NCBI GenBank assembly: GCA_964234715.1
Contig: OZ174278.1
DNA length: 64,000 nt
Origin: Podarcis melisellensis
Lineage: Eukaryota
Reading direction: 5' to 3' (one strand)
Shown here: in pieces, positions 12,705 to 26,420 of the stretch
Layout: every line of letters begins with the position of its first letter
Numbering within the stretch: the stretch's first letter is position 1
Position numbers and translations under genes: made by a program
Notes under the pieces: generated by a model
Databases searched by the model: none
What the model was told of the DNA's origin: nothing
The model's input: the letters and a program-made list of their open reading frames with translations, nothing else

Positions 12705-14156
12705 CTACGCCTTCTGTGGGAATGAATTTTGCTGAAATAAAGATTATAGGACCTCTGCTTCAACTCATGCTCACCTTGTAGAGAGCACTACTTTCCTTGT
12801 AGAAGCCTCAAATCCCCCCAAAGCCCTTCACCTTGGGTCATCATTCAAGACTCTTATGGTTCTTTCACACACCCCTAGATAGGCAATCATTTTGCTGGCA
12901 CAATGAGAGTAACATTCCCCTTATCACTGCTGAGACAATGTAGTTATATCTGACTGCACCTGAGATTAATGCTAGGACATCCATGTGGTTAGCGACTCCT
13001 ATGCCTTCAAATATTTATAGAGAGGAGAAGGCTATCTTTCTATACTTACTATTAATAATGTGGGTTTTTTCACATGCACTTTATAAGTACACATTACACA
13101 ATGAAGCTCTATTTCCATGTTGTGTTTAGACTATTTCATTTTCATTGAGGATTGTTTAATAAAATGCAAATGTGGTGTTTGAAAAAACTGCTTCAAACTC
13201 ATTAAAGTTAATATATACAGTAAAACACTCTATGTACAGTGATGAAAGTATGTCAATCTATCTGGCTGAAAAGCTACAGTTTCTCATAGTTTTGACTGGA
13301 TATATCCTGCTTTGTATTTGTTGCATGGTATTTCCCAGATGCAGATGTCAGTGATGAGAAGCAGGGGGACAAAAGTCATTATCATTTATCATTCCCCAAA
13401 TGCATGCATAAAATTAGCCTACATTTCAATAAGTGACTAGAGTTTTTAAAATACTCAATGCAGGACTTCAAAATATGATATTTAAGAGTGCGTACTCAGC
13501 AGGTTCCTTGTATACAACTCCCAACCTCACACGAAAGTAATTAAGTACATGCAATAAGCAAATGATAGATCAGCTTTTCTCCAGCTATTTCTTATTTGTA
13601 GTATGACAAATTCAAGTTTCCACCTTTTTTTCATTACATGTTAAGTAGCTATTCATAGAAAACCAATGAGAGAAAATAAATGGCACATTTGTATGACCCT
13701 ATCAAGTACAGCACAGGAAGAATGTTCACCAGTGTCTGATCTTTAAAGGTTCATGACTGGGAATAAAAGTCAGGATGTCTTCCAGGATCTGCTTCTGGTC
13801 CAACACACCCAGTAAAAACAATAAATTGGTAACAAGCATATCAGCAGTGTGTTGGGCAGCTTGGCTTCATCTAAGAATCATTGTAGATTAGATATGTAAA
13901 TTAATAATCCTCCTACCAACTCATGCCATTGATTCACCTAGCTCAGTGCTGTCAAAGCAGAAGTTCTCACGGCATTTCCGACAGCAGCCTTTTCCAGATA
14001 ACAGTGATGAATGTGAGCTCTTTCACAGGTCTCCTGCTCAAAAAGAAAAGGAAAAATTTGGCCCAATGATGTCCTGGTTATTTGTGGTAAACTCAAGAGA
14101 TGTTTGGACGATTGCCTTGTATCAATAGCATCTAGCTCAATACTGTCCACTGTGCA

Positions 14157-14335
14157 AGCAGATCCACACCATACATTTAAAGCACATTCAGTGCACATTT
14201 CAAGCACGATTTTCCCCAAAGAAAACTCTAGTTTACCCCTCACAGAGCTACAACTCCCAGCTCCCTTAAACTGCAGTTCCCTTGATTCTTTGTGGGGAAG
14301 AGTCATGCTTTACATCTATGCTGTGGCTCTGACCT
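14157..14335. mobile_element. palindromic non-autonomous DNA element (MITE)
   Basis: inverted ends (ccacaccatacatttaaagca / tgctttacatctatgctgtgg); internal ccccaaagaa / ttctttgtgggg; related to 18615-18790. Confidence 0.6.
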
Positions 14336-17300
14336 TTGTGGCAGTACAGTACAGACCCGTGTGTCTGCTTTGTGATCCTTTCAACTAGAGAGACTGAACC
14401 TGGGGTATTTGGCAAGCAAAACATGTGCCCTGCTACTGATTACCCCTCTATTCTACACCCAGTTCCTATCTCAAGTCTTCATTCTTGGCATGTGGGGGGC
14501 AATGAGGCTTATGGAGCTTTTGCATGTGGTACACACTTAACTCTCTTCCACTAAAATCAATGGGACTTAACCCATTGTTAGCAGTGCTTAACCTTGGTTG
14601 GTTGGAATGTGTCCAGCACAATTTAATTCACTTCCCTTTTTCTGTTCCGTATAATACTCATTCTGTCAAGAACACTTTCATCTATTGTTCCTCCCACTTG
14701 TGTTGCCTTTAGCACTTTTGCTCAGAAATTTGCTCAGCAGGTTTCCTGATTTATTCATACGCTAGTCAAGTTAGAATACTTAAATTACTTATACTCAGAA
14801 GTAAATTTTGCTGAAATCAATGGACCTCACTTACAAGTAAATGTGTTTAGGATTGGAGAGTTGCCTTAATGCAGCAATTAATGTATTGGAAACAAAGGTT
14901 AATTTTCAGTGCTCCCTTTGTGTTATTGGTTTGGTGGGTTAGATTTTCAAGTAGAGGTGAAGGAAAAGGAAAGGTATAACATTTCTCAAGCTACTCTCTC
15001 TTTCCTTACACAAGATGCACTGACAGCCATTATTTATTATTTAAATAAAATATGTGTGACTTCAACTATGGAGCTGTCAAACATTCAATAAATTGCTATA
15101 ACAAATTCATAGGGATAAAACTTTTAATATTTGCTATCGATTTATTTGTTCATTGCTATGAATGTTTTAGTGAGCTGAGAGCATCATTTTTGTTAGTTTT
15201 TTTATATAAAGGAAGAGAATAAACGTGTTCATCATTTCTGCCATCCTGTGAAGAAATGAATAACCTACCTAATAATAATTCTGCATTGTCAGATGGGGTA
15301 TTTGCTATGTACCCGCTAATAGCTCTATATAGAATATTTTAACTTCCCAATAAATAAAATTATTTTAAAAATCACCCTCTTCTCAGCAATAGAATATTTT
15401 AAGTTTTTTCAGTATGATTAAAATATTGGGTTGTTTAGTCATGGACAGAGTTCACCCTTTCAGGACCAGTGGTCAGGGATGATGGGAATGGTAGTCTTAA
15501 AACATCTGGAGGGCGGGAGTTTGCCTATGCCTGTTCTATGGCCTTTTAAATGTTCCTGTGGGAGGGGGTTATTGGTTTGTGTTGCTTTATTATGTATTCT
15601 GAATTTTCATTTTGTATTTTTATATTGTGAACCACTCTGTGATTTTCAGTTTAAGAGCAGAATAGAGATGTAATAAACAAACAGCAACAGCAAGAGTAAT
15701 AATTTACCCTGGGCTTTGACCATTCAGGTATTTTGTTTTGTGGAACCCATCACTTTTGTTTAATGTCCACCATTTCACACACACCCCTCCCAGTTTGGAC
15801 CTGAATATATTGTTGTAACCTACCTTGGGACCTTATGGGGAAGGTTAATAGTTGGGCACTACTCTTCCTGTCAGGCTAGCAAGCAAGAGACAACCCTTCC
15901 ACGTGTGCTTGCTCCATGGGTTGGCATGCTCCCTGGCCTCCTGGGGTAGCCCCCTGCAGAGTCAGCTGTTATGGAGCCAAATTTAGTACTGACACAGTAG
16001 CTGCCTAGGAGCAGGCTAGGCCCAGTAGCCCCAGACATCACCCAATGGAAAGGATGTTTAACAACAAGAGTGAGACCAAACCCTTAGCTTCCCTACCACC
16101 ATTGGGTCAACATTGTCACATGGGCAGGACCACTTACCTGTCATTCACATAATGTCATTATGACATCAGTTAACAATTTCATACTGTCTCTTCTTGGCAC
16201 TAATCAGCTGATGGGTGCATGAGTATCCCCTTTGAAAGTACGCCATCAGTGCCAAACAGTTGTGAACACCAGTTTGAGCTCCTTAGAAAAACAGCAGAAT
16301 AAAAAGTGTAATAATGAAGATTATGTAGCTGCAAGCTGAGAAAGTCTTGTTTTAATTGATTTTTATGTAAGATGCTCTGGGAATTTTTATGCTCAAGTGT
16401 GAGTGCAAATCCTCTAAATAAATGAATAATAAGATGAAAGCTAATGAGATGATACCTTTACCTGTACACTAACTTTTAAAATGCTGGAAGTAAGATATTT
16501 CAGCTCAGTTATTGTCAGGTCAGGTTTAGATGTTCAAAGCAAAATTTTAATATAAACTATATGATTTACATGTTCAGTTTGATGTTAACTCTTCTGAGTT
16601 TAATGAGAAAGAGTTGATCGGGGAAGGAACTATGCTGCTTGTATTACAAATATAGACTGGCTTTGTTTACAGGAATCAATCCACAACCTTCCAGAGGGAT
16701 GGCGCTGGGAAACAATGAAAAACGATAAGATGTTTTAAAAGCCCTTCTTACTGGAAACAGTTCAGTTTTCCTTAGCCTCCTAGCTCTAACTTTTCCCCAT
16801 ATATTCTACTCCATTTTAATGTCCTGATTGTCTTGTCCGCCTCTGAGTTTCAGTTTCTTTTGCATGTTAACAAGTACAACCTGTTTAATGTCATCATCTT
16901 TCTTGTGCTTTAGGAATTTTTTCTGGGTGACTGCCTACAGTGGGCTGCCAGAGTTAGTCCTTGATCAATGAAGTGTCCTCAACTCAAGCCTTCGTTCCTC
17001 TATTACATTGTGTCAGCCAGAGGCTTAAACACATTGAAGCTTCTGCTGTGTTATTTTTCTTCATTCGGTGTATCATCCCCAGAGAGCACCAGGGAATAAA
17101 TAGATTTTGTGCCCAGGTGTTATGTCTGTATTGTGTACGTATCAAGCTGCTGCCATGAACCCAGCCACTGGAAGATTGTAAAGGAGAAGCTTACAGGGGG
17201 CAATGCAGGGCATGCCTTCCTAACACCATTTTAACTGGCAGGAAAGTCCATTTGGAATATTCATGTCTCAGATAACAACACATAATTTTTGCCTGTTTAG

Positions 17301-17389
17301 ATATTATATAAATTTATAAATAGTATGTTTTACTATACGAATCACTCAAGAGAATGCTTTCATGTAAATTAATTGATAAAGCATATCAA

Positions 17390-17802
17390 CATAGCTGTCA
17401 ACCTTCCTTTATTTGACGGGAAACTCCCTTATTCCAGCGCCATTTCCTGCTGCTATCCTAGATTGTTGATATCCTGTAAATTTCCTGGATTTCAAAGGAA
17501 GCAGCTCCTCTCTCTCCCTGCCGGCCAGGGAGGCTCTTCAACTGTGTTGCTCGGCTGCATTGCTCACCAATAAGGAGTCTGAGAATGACTGGGGCATGGA
17601 GCTTGCATGCCTTGTGCCGATCAAATCGGCCACGTTGCCTGGGGACTCACTTTTGCTTCAGCGCTTCCCAGCGGAGAGGTGACAGTGTAGTTTTCCTTGC
17701 TGCTGTATCCCTTTGCCGGGTTGCTGCGCTGTGGGAACCACTGCTTGAGGCTTCGTTTGACTGCTGGCTGGGCTTTCTGCCTTTGGGCCTTTGGCTCGGA
17801 GG

Positions 17803-17856
<54 letters not shown>

Positions 17857-18135
17857 TGAAAGTGAATGTGTTTTACTGCAGGATGTGGTGAGGCCAGTAC
17901 TTTAGATTTACAAGGGGATCTGAGAGATGAATGGGAGATATGGTTTGTCAGTATTAATGGACAGCTAAATAGAAACTTAACCCCAAAAGTTAGGACCAAG
18001 ATTCAAATCCTGACTGGGTAACTTTGCTCACTGGTAACATAGGACCATGAGGACAAGATGGTTGGACAGTTGGCTGCTGATCCCTTATTTTGGCTGCTGA
18101 TCCCTTATTTTCAAATCTGAAAGTTGACAGCTATG
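17390..18135. mobile_element. non-autonomous hAT DNA transposon
   Basis: TIR catagctgtcaac / gttgacagctatg; 8-bp TSD catatcaa / aatatcaa (7/8); internal (CT)n(GT)n and a 20-bp tandem duplication near the right end. Confidence 0.85.
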
Positions 18136-18173
18136 AATATCAAATCTGTTTTGACAATCGCCCTATTGCAATA

Positions 18174-18414
18174 TAGTGGTACCTCGGTTTATGAGCAGTC
18201 TTGTTTATGAACTATTTGGTTTACGAACTCTGCAAAACCCGAAGTAGTGTTCCAGTTTGTGAACTTCACCTTGGTCTCAAATGGAAGCTGAAAGGTGGAA
18301 GGGCACTGGAAGTGGGAGGCCTCATTAGGGAAAGCGCTCCTCGGTTTAAGAATGGATTTGGTTTAAGAACAGACTTCAGGAATGGATTAAGTTTGTAAAC
18401 CGAGGTACCATCTG
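18174..18414. mobile_element. Tigger-like MITE
   Basis: TIRs tagtggtacctcggttta / taaaccgaggtaccatctg, TA flanks. Confidence 0.85.
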
Positions 18415-18524
18415 TACTAGTAGAATACATGAGTGGGAACAAGTGTGCAATGTGCCTACAGAAGCTGAGAAGACCTCCTACTGCAATTAATCACTCTCCA
18501 ACTAGTAGAAGGGTGTGGTGGGAT

Positions 18525-18526
18525 GC

Positions 18527-18569
<43 letters not shown>
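18525..18569. repeat. (CA)n microsatellite
   Basis: direct reading. Confidence 0.95.
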
Positions 18570-18570
<1 letters not shown>

Positions 18571-18614
18571 CTACCACATGCATCCCTCCTCTCCCTTCTT
18601 GCATGTTTATTTAG

Positions 18615-19035
18615 TAAGGCCCATTTTAAACCGCCATGGCTTCCCCCAAAGAATTCTGGTAAGTGTAGTTTGTTAAGGGTGCTGAGTATTGCTAGGAGGC
18701 CCCTGTTCCTTCCACAGACGTACAGTTCCCAGAGTTCCCTGGGAAGAGGGATGGGCTGTTAGACCACTCTGTGAATTGTAGCTCTGTGAGGCCTGAGGTG
18801 GAGGACAAGATGGCACCCCCTCCATTCTATGTGTGGAAGTTGACTGGACTGGCAGTTGTATACTGGCGATAGGATGGTGTCCTCCACAACACCCGAGTCT
18901 GACAACACACAGCTGTGTCCTCAAGGAAATTGTACAGGCAAAGGCTCAGGAGGAAGTGTTAAAGGGGCTCTGCTGTTCCCCTGCAGCTGCTGCCTAAGGC
19001 AATCACTTCACTCCGCCTAATAGTAGAGCCAGCCT
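18615..19035. mobile_element. adjacent decayed DNA-transposon fragments
   Basis: first part resembles the 14157-14335 element; second part resembles 25460-25560 and 26025-26065. Confidence 0.5.
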
Positions 19036-20942
19036 TCATCATTTTGGTAGTGAGTAGACAACATATATTTTAAAATCGAAGAAAAAGAAACCCACAAAAC
19101 TTATAAATTGCTTCAACATCCCCCCCCAAACAATGCTGAAATGCTGACCTCCAAATTTACTGATTCTAAGTAGGAGAGCATTTTTTTGTATATGGGAGCG
19201 AGGCATTTTGTATGTGGAGGGAGCTCAACTTTATAGGGCATAAAGCTTTTCACTGACAGAAATTTACAATCTGAATGGAAGGTGAACTTTTGCTTTCCCC
19301 ATGATTTCAGGTTCAAGGGGCACAGGTACATTTCATCAGCAGCTTCCTTAGGATTGTAAAATATAATTTGCTATTATGGTTCAATCTATGGGCAAAGGCT
19401 ATCTGATATTGTAATTGCACTGGCTTGTAAAATATCAAAAGTATCAAATTAAAAAATATGCCAATAGGATTGAGGACAGTGATAAGTGTTTTTGGGAACT
19501 ATGAGGGCACTGTTGGGAGAGACTGCAACTACAGCTGAAGCATCAAGTAATGGATATTGATCTTGATACCTTTGTTAAAAGGGAAATTGATTGCTGTGTT
19601 ATGGACTTCTTATAGTGTCTTGAGGTGCTGCAAGAAATCAACAACACGAGAATTCTGACAATAATGTTCATTTTTAGGTAACAAGCCTATATTTCTAAAA
19701 AAAATTATGTCTGTAATGTATATTCATAGGAAGCTTATATTGAACAGGCAGCAAAATGACTGGCATATCAATGAACAATTATCTAATTTTAGAAGAGTTT
19801 GCCTACATGCTTTGGGGCACCAAGACTTCAAACTCACAGTAAAATCATCAAAGACCCAGGAGAGTTTCCATTGCATAATCTGATAGTTTTACTTTTTATG
19901 TGAAAGGAATTGGTTGTTCCCTTACTCAGCACTGATCATTGTGATGGCACAGTCCCACAAGTTTTAATGGAATTGTAGAAGTACAAATGCTATTGAATCC
20001 TCTCCTTGGTTTCAAGTTGTTTCCAAATTACTTGTTTTTTCAGCATTCATTTTGATTTGTTTACACAAAGTTTGTGGGGAGGTTATAAAATGTTGGTCTC
20101 TCACAGAGTATTCATTCTAATTTGTTTGTGGGAAAGTGGTATGGCATCACATGAAACAATGATCATTTCACATTTTCTACTGCATTTCCCTATTGCTTTC
20201 TTTGCCACAAAAATTAATTTTTCGAGGGGGGGGGGCGGGACATGGATTTGTTTCACAAGAGCACCAAATCCACCTAAATCACATGGCTCGAATTTTTAAA
20301 CCTGTCACAAAATGGTCACAGTCTGGAAGTGTCCTCCTGAGTCTTGCTTTAGTGCAAGTGAAAAACACCAATTCACTGATTAGCTCTAGCAAAACTGAAA
20401 AGGGTCCATTACTCCCAGAGAGGTGTGTAGCTGGACGAAATGTTGTTTCTTAATTTCCAGGAATGGTTATGCTAAAATCCTGATAAATAAAATCAAAGTA
20501 GAAGAAGAGTTGTGTCTTTAGAAAATAGATACTGTAATATATGTTAATAGGGCACTGCTACAGTAATGTAGTTTAATGCATGCCATCAGCAAAATAAATC
20601 TCATCTCTAGGCTATAATCTTGAACATGGTAAGGCATATAACGGCACTCTGGATTGCAGCTTTGTTATTCTCATTATATTTTATATCTTCAAATCTTAAT
20701 TGTTTATGAAATGACAACAGGTTTTATATATTTTTTCCTCTTGTCATTTTTCCATTTCAGCATGAAAGCATAAAAAAGAAGAAGCTTGTATAGTACACAT
20801 GGGGCTGATGGTGTTTGCCTTGCTGGAAGGGAGGAAGATGTTACCAGGTAGCAACAGCCATTCCAAAGGATGTAGGAGAGCCAATTATGCCTATATCCCA
20901 TTTTTCCTGCACTAGTTGAACCACAGGCATGGGGGCACATAC

Positions 20943-21165
20943 CTGGCAGCTATATATATTCTTCAAATCTCTCTCTCTTTCTCTCTTTCTCTCTTTCTGT
21001 CTCCTTGCTGTATAGCAATGAAGTTCCCTCAGGCTTTGCGGTGTCAGCTCCTGGGCCCTCAACTTCTTCTTGCAGCTGGCAAAGGGACACTGAAAGTAAC
21101 CATGAAGGACTGGCAGGAAGAGAAAGAGAAGAGAGTGATCATTTGTACAGCATATGCCATTTATT
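20943..21165 (-). promoter_or_regulatory. candidate core promoter and non-coding first exon
   Basis: AATAAA TATA-like box 21165-21160, Inr TCACTCT with +1 A at 21136, donor CAG|GTATGT at 20943; motif evidence only. Confidence 0.3.
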
Positions 21166-22052
21166 GAAGCAGCTACAGTTGAAGTCTCCCCAGAGCACCA
21201 CTTGTAGTATCAGCTGAAGGGTCTCTCTCCCTTTTCAGGGTCTGGATTGCAAGTGAACGGTGCAAGAATATTTGAGTGCTCTCTCAGCAGAGGAGAATCG
21301 GTCAAATACCAATGCCTTCAGTCTGTTTACTGCCTTGCCAGCACCTGCTTAAGCAGTCCTGATAATGCTGCTCTTTTTCTTCTCTGGGAGTCAAGGATGG
21401 GGCATTCTTTAAATTACAGCACCTTGTGGATGAGCCCGAAGATCATGATACCATGATGAAAGAAATCCTCATGATATATTAGGAGATGAAAAATATCTTT
21501 CAATTCCCTTTTCACACAAGTAATCAGGTATTTCCCAAGGAGCCTTGCAGTAGCTCAAAAGCCTTGATAGATGCTGTCAGCTTTAATTAGCTGCATTCTG
21601 ATCCTTTACCCAAAGAGGTCAGTGACAAAATTGCCATTCATTGATGTTTACATTGGCAGTGAGACTCCTGCAGTGATACCTACAAAATATGTCTTTAAGT
21701 TCATGGCTGTGAATGATGCTCCTGTCTCCCCCTGCACATCCTTCAAGAATAAAATTATATAGGAAACCTGTACAATTAATATTAGTGTTAAAGTGTTATT
21801 TTAAAGAAAGGCTTCATGTATGATTGCACATTTTTTTCATTGCTTGCAATAAATTTGCTTGATAAAGCCATTCCTTACAGATTCTTGATTACTGGTTTAA
21901 CAGAACAGTTACTTTCTTTTACTTTGTGTTATTACTGAATCATTGTTTCTGTGCTTTCATTCTGAAGCTGTATACCAGGGTGGGGAACCTCTAGCCCTCC
22001 ACATTACTGGACCAGAATTCCCACCATCCCCTATGAATGGCCTTGTGGCAGG

Positions 22053-22390
22053 GATGATGATGATGATGATATTTATACCCCACCGATCAGGCTGGGTTTC
22101 TCCAGCCACTCTGGGCGGCTTCCAACAAAATATTAAAATACAATAGTCCTTCAGATATTAAAAGCTTCCCTAAACAGGGCTGCCTTCAGATGTCTTCTAA
22201 AAGACTGGTAGTTGCTTTTTCCTTTGACATCTGGTGGGAGGGTATTCCACAGGGTGGGTGCCACTACTGAGAAGGCCCTCTGCCTGGTTCCCTATAACTT
22301 CACTTCTTTCAGTGAGGGAACCGCCCAAAGGGCCTTGGTGCTTGACCTCGGTGTCCGGGCAGAACGATGGGGGTGGAGACGCTCCTTCAG
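22053..22390 (-). mobile_element. L2 LINE 3' fragment
   Basis: about 90% identical by eye to 53535-53835; (GAT)n tail. Confidence 0.9.
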
Positions 22391-22450
22391 GGATGGAACC
22401 TGGGACCTTCTGCATGTAAAAATGTTCTCTCACTGAGCTATGGCCTTCCC
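22391..22450 (-). mobile_element. tRNA-derived SINE head (Squam2-like)
   Basis: reverse complement has tagctcagtg...gcagaaggtcccaggttccatccc; same family as 34125, 38385 and 47105. Confidence 0.6.
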
Positions 22451-22544
22451 CTTCATATGGACCAGCTGTCAGAGAAATGAATTGTTATTAAGGATATGAG
22501 GACATAAGAAGAGCCTGCAGGATCAGGTCAGTGGCCAGTCGAAC

Positions 22545-22620
22545 AGGGATTCAAACCGCCAACCTTCTGATCGGCAAGTCCTAGGCTCTGTGGTTTAACC
22601 CACAGCACCACCTGTGTCCC
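22545..22620 (-). mobile_element. Sauria SINE 5' fragment
   Basis: matches the reverse complement of the 12339 head. Confidence 0.85.
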
Positions 22621-22698
22621 ATGTTTATATGTATATGCTGATACATTTAAAATGTTGAGAAGTGTACCACAACATGTGGCAAAATACATGTGGTGGAT

Positions 22699-23393
22699 TG
22701 TTAAGTTCTGATCCGCACATCAGTCTGAGAAGATCAGCTCATTGTACATAGGAATCACAACTCTTGAATTTCTCAAACATGCATATCTTTGGACACATCA
22801 GGTACTCACTCAAAGCCTGAGGGGTCATGCATTTGCAGAAGTTTTGACTACACCTCTCCATCCAGATACAAACACTGGCTCTCAGAGATGGTTCTAAAAT
22901 TCTTCTTGTCCCGGTTTTGAAGTTCTGAGTATCCTAGTTTTATTCCTGAAGTGGAGTTGATACATTAGGAATACTACCCCAAACCATATAAAAGATCTAA
23001 GCCAGAATTATATTAATAGTCTAGCCTTCTCCAACTAGGAGCGTACTTAAGACCCTTGAGTCTCACATCCCTTCCAAGAATTGTATCCTTTAGGGCCAGT
23101 GTGCTAAATTCAAGGGTGATGAATCGATTTCAAAGAACATTCCCCGGCCATCACAGAAGTGGATTTTACTAGCTGTCTATTCCAGATATTTGATCATGCC
23201 TCATTATCTGAAACTACTTGTTCTATGTCTTTCCCCATATTCCCTTTAATGAAGAGAGTTTGTTGTTTTATCATTCAATAAAGATTAAATCTTTGAAACT
23301 AATCCTTTTGTACTGTGTTTGTATTCTAAAAGTAAGTACTCAAAACTAGTTAAGTCTCTGTGTACAGATCCCTTTAGTGATGTTTTAGTAACA
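22699..23393 (+). mobile_element. possible decayed solo LTR
   Basis: TGTTA...TAACA ends, TATAAAA near 22988, AATAAA near 23277; TSD not convincing. Confidence 0.35.
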
Positions 23394-24154
23394 AAATGAT
23401 GTGCTTGGTGAAGATTGAGCTAATTGATGTGTAGTCCTTGTAATTTATTGACTAATTTTTCTATAGATAGGATTTAAACATGTTTTTGAGGGAGAACTGA
23501 CTTGGGATTTCACCACATCACCTCAGAACTGCATCTATACAGTTCTCTCACAGAACATTGGAATGATCTAGCATAGTTATAAGAGATCTGCAGGAGTTTC
23601 TTGTGTTTGGGGATCTGACCATGTTCTGCAATATTAGAAAAGCATTCATTTTACTGTCTTGCACTAGTCTCCTGGTGTTAATCTGAAATTGGCTACCCTA
23701 CAATTCCCCCCTCCCCCTGTTTCTAGCTGTGCCCTCTGGACAAACACAGAACAAGTCTGCTTAAAAATGGAAAACAGGGAAATGAGAATGCCTGTGAGCT
23801 CCTTGCAGCTTATAGCATCCTGAGGGACAGCAGGGCTGGCTGGCTGGCAGAAACCCTGAACAGCAGCACCTGTGCAAGGATGGGAGGAGATAGAACCTCC
23901 AACAAAATGTTGCAGACTATTTGTAGAAATAGAGGGTTGCATCCATTGCTGCACAAGCTGTGTTCCACTTACACAGCAGAACTCCCCTTGGAAGGGCTGC
24001 TCTGGTTGCACAACAGAACCTCCCCATCATCTCCCCTTCCAGCACCCACACCAACCCCCCCCCAATGCTCCAGAGAGTCCCCCAGCCTTCTGAACCAGAT
24101 TTTGTGGGTGCATGGGTGTGTGGGAATTAGACTCTCATTCCCATTTGCAGAGTA

Positions 24155-24401
24155 CAGTTGTACCTTGGATCGTGAAAGCCTTGCGAGTTGAACATTTTTG
24201 GCTCCCAAATGCCGCAAACCCGGAAGTAAGTGTTCCGGTTTGTGTTCTTTGGAACCCAAAAATCCGACTCGGCTTCTGTGGCTTCCAATTGGCTGCAGGA
24301 GCTTCCTGCAGCCAATCGGAAGCCGCACCTTGGTTTCCGAACATTTTGGAAGTTGAATGGACTTCTGGAATGGATTCCGTTTGACTTCTGAGGTACAACT
24401 G
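24155..24401. mobile_element. Tigger-like MITE
   Basis: TIRs cagttgtacct / aggtacaactg, TA TSD, central palindrome attggctgcagga..tcctgcagccaat. Confidence 0.85.
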
Positions 24402-25689
24402 TATGTGGAATCAGCCTTTAATTAGTTCTCCCCCCCACACCTGCGCAAGACACTCTCTGTTAAAGTTTAAGTAACATATAACTTTTACTTAGTGTATTTG
24501 TACTTGCAGATTAAAATATACAATGCAGGTGGATGTTTCTTAAGTTGCTAAAACATCTTACATAGATTTGTATCGAAGGCTGACTAACATTTACAGACTG
24601 ACTGACATTGAGGTAGCAGCACAACACAACATACCTGTTGCTCTGTTAAAACTGTCCTACTAACTGCCATAACTGTACCAACTGAAATAACTGCCACAGA
24701 GTGTATGACATTCTAGAGTTCTACAGCTCTTCAGTTAACCCTTTAATATGTGTTTTGGATGCTAACATCCCTCATGGGGTGGCTGCAGGAAAGAGAAGAG
24801 AAGGAGGTTCTGTGGGGAAAGCAAAAATCTGTTGCATGAGTGAACCTGCAGCATTGCATACGATCCAGAATGTAGACGTATAGTGTGAGACAGGGCCACA
24901 AATTCCATAATTTTGAAGCAATTCCTCCCTTCCCTGCCCCCAAACCTTCTATGTATGAAGAAAGAGATCCACCTGCAAATAAGATGCAGAAAAAAATGCA
25001 ATTGGTATGACCATTGTAGGTTTCCTGGCTAGCATTATAAATTGTGAATTCAGATGGGAGGGAGGAAGACAATATGGCATTTTGACAGTGGCCTGTTGTA
25101 ATGTTACATATTATTTACTTGTTAGATAAACAACATATTTTTTACCAAATAATAATGAGTTATAAGTGGCATTCCCAACTCTAAACTGATGGCAACAACA
25201 ACAATACAAAAACCTTAAGGTACTAGAAGTACAATCCTGCTTATAAAATCAAAATGACAAGTTTGGGATACTGCAATGGGAATACTAAGCTATTGGAACA
25301 CTGTGCTGCCTCCCCCCCCCATGGTGGATGTTCAGTTTCTGTGCATAGTGTTCAATTTGTGCAAAGTTATCTCTTGCCAAAGTTCTCCTTTGTGTGCCTA
25401 TAGTTCTAAAGACATAAGGATGAAACTTTAGGTTGCACATCTTGATATATTTTATTTGAAGGGGGAGCTAAAGACATGTGGTTGCCTGAGGCAAAGGGCA
25501 AGAGGATGCCCTCCTTTATTCCACAAACAGAAGCAAACTAGATTGACAGTTGAATTTTGCTTTGATGCTGCCAAGAGGATGATGCCGTGCACTGCACATA
25601 TGGACAGAGGGCTTTTTTAGGAGGTGCACTGGATGGTAGGCTGCTTGGCACCCACACCTCTGTTCTCCAACACCTCTCCATCACATGTC

Positions 25690-25879
25690 CAGTCTCGTAG
25701 TCTGGGGAACCGGGTTCGCGTCTCCGCTCCTCCACATGCAGCTGCTGGGTGACCTTGGGCCAGTCACAATTCTTTGAAGTCTCTCAGCCTCACTCACCTC
25801 ACAGAGTGTTTGTTGTGGGGAAGGAAGGGAAAGGAGAATGTTAGCCGCGTTGAGACTCCTTAAAGGGAGTGAAAGGCGG
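25690..25879 (+). mobile_element. Squam3-like (MIR/Ther1-related) SINE, truncated by gap
   Basis: highly similar to 31110-31270. Confidence 0.85.
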
Positions 25880-26024
25880 NNNNNNNNNNNNNNNNNNNNN
25901 NNNNNNNNNNNNNNNNNNNNNNNNNNNNNNNNNNNNNNNNNNNNNNNNNNNNNNNNNNNNNNNNNNNNNNNNNNNNNNNNNNNNNNNNNNNNNNNNNNNN
26001 NNNNNNNNNNNNNNNNNNNNNNNN
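25880..26024. other. assembly gap (N run)
   Basis: run of n. Confidence 1.
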
Positions 26025-26420
26025 CTGAGGCAACTGCCTCCCTGCCTAATGCTAGGGCTGACTCTGTTTATCTGTGTTATCTTGGTAGGGCTTTTACCTA
26101 TGACTGGCTGTGGGACTGGAGGGCTAAGAAGTGGAAAATCTATGTTCTAGGGCTGCCCACTGCCTTTCTTGGGAATGTTTTATGCTATGTCTTCTGTTAC
26201 CACAACATAACACCTACTCAAAGGATAAAAAATGAGTCCTGGGAGATCATAGGCCTTTGTGGTATACCCCACTCCACACCCTTTTGCTAACAGTGTAGCA
26301 TTTGTCGTAGCTTCCTCTAGTGTAAGGATACTGCTATCTGTAAATATGAGTGTTCAAATTACCATCAAATGAGTACTATTATAACTCTACAAAATGTTTA
26401 TAGAGCATTCTGGCTATATA

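Noticed and set aside
16138-16281. Minus-strand segment with a perfect CAG|GTAAGT donor
   Set aside because: Stops in all frames, overlaps repeat-like palindromic sequence, and about one such donor is expected by chance in this window.
16673-16738. LPEGWRWE peptide resembling a WW-domain start
   Set aside because: A stop follows within 7 codons, the rest of the domain is absent, and there is no donor site.
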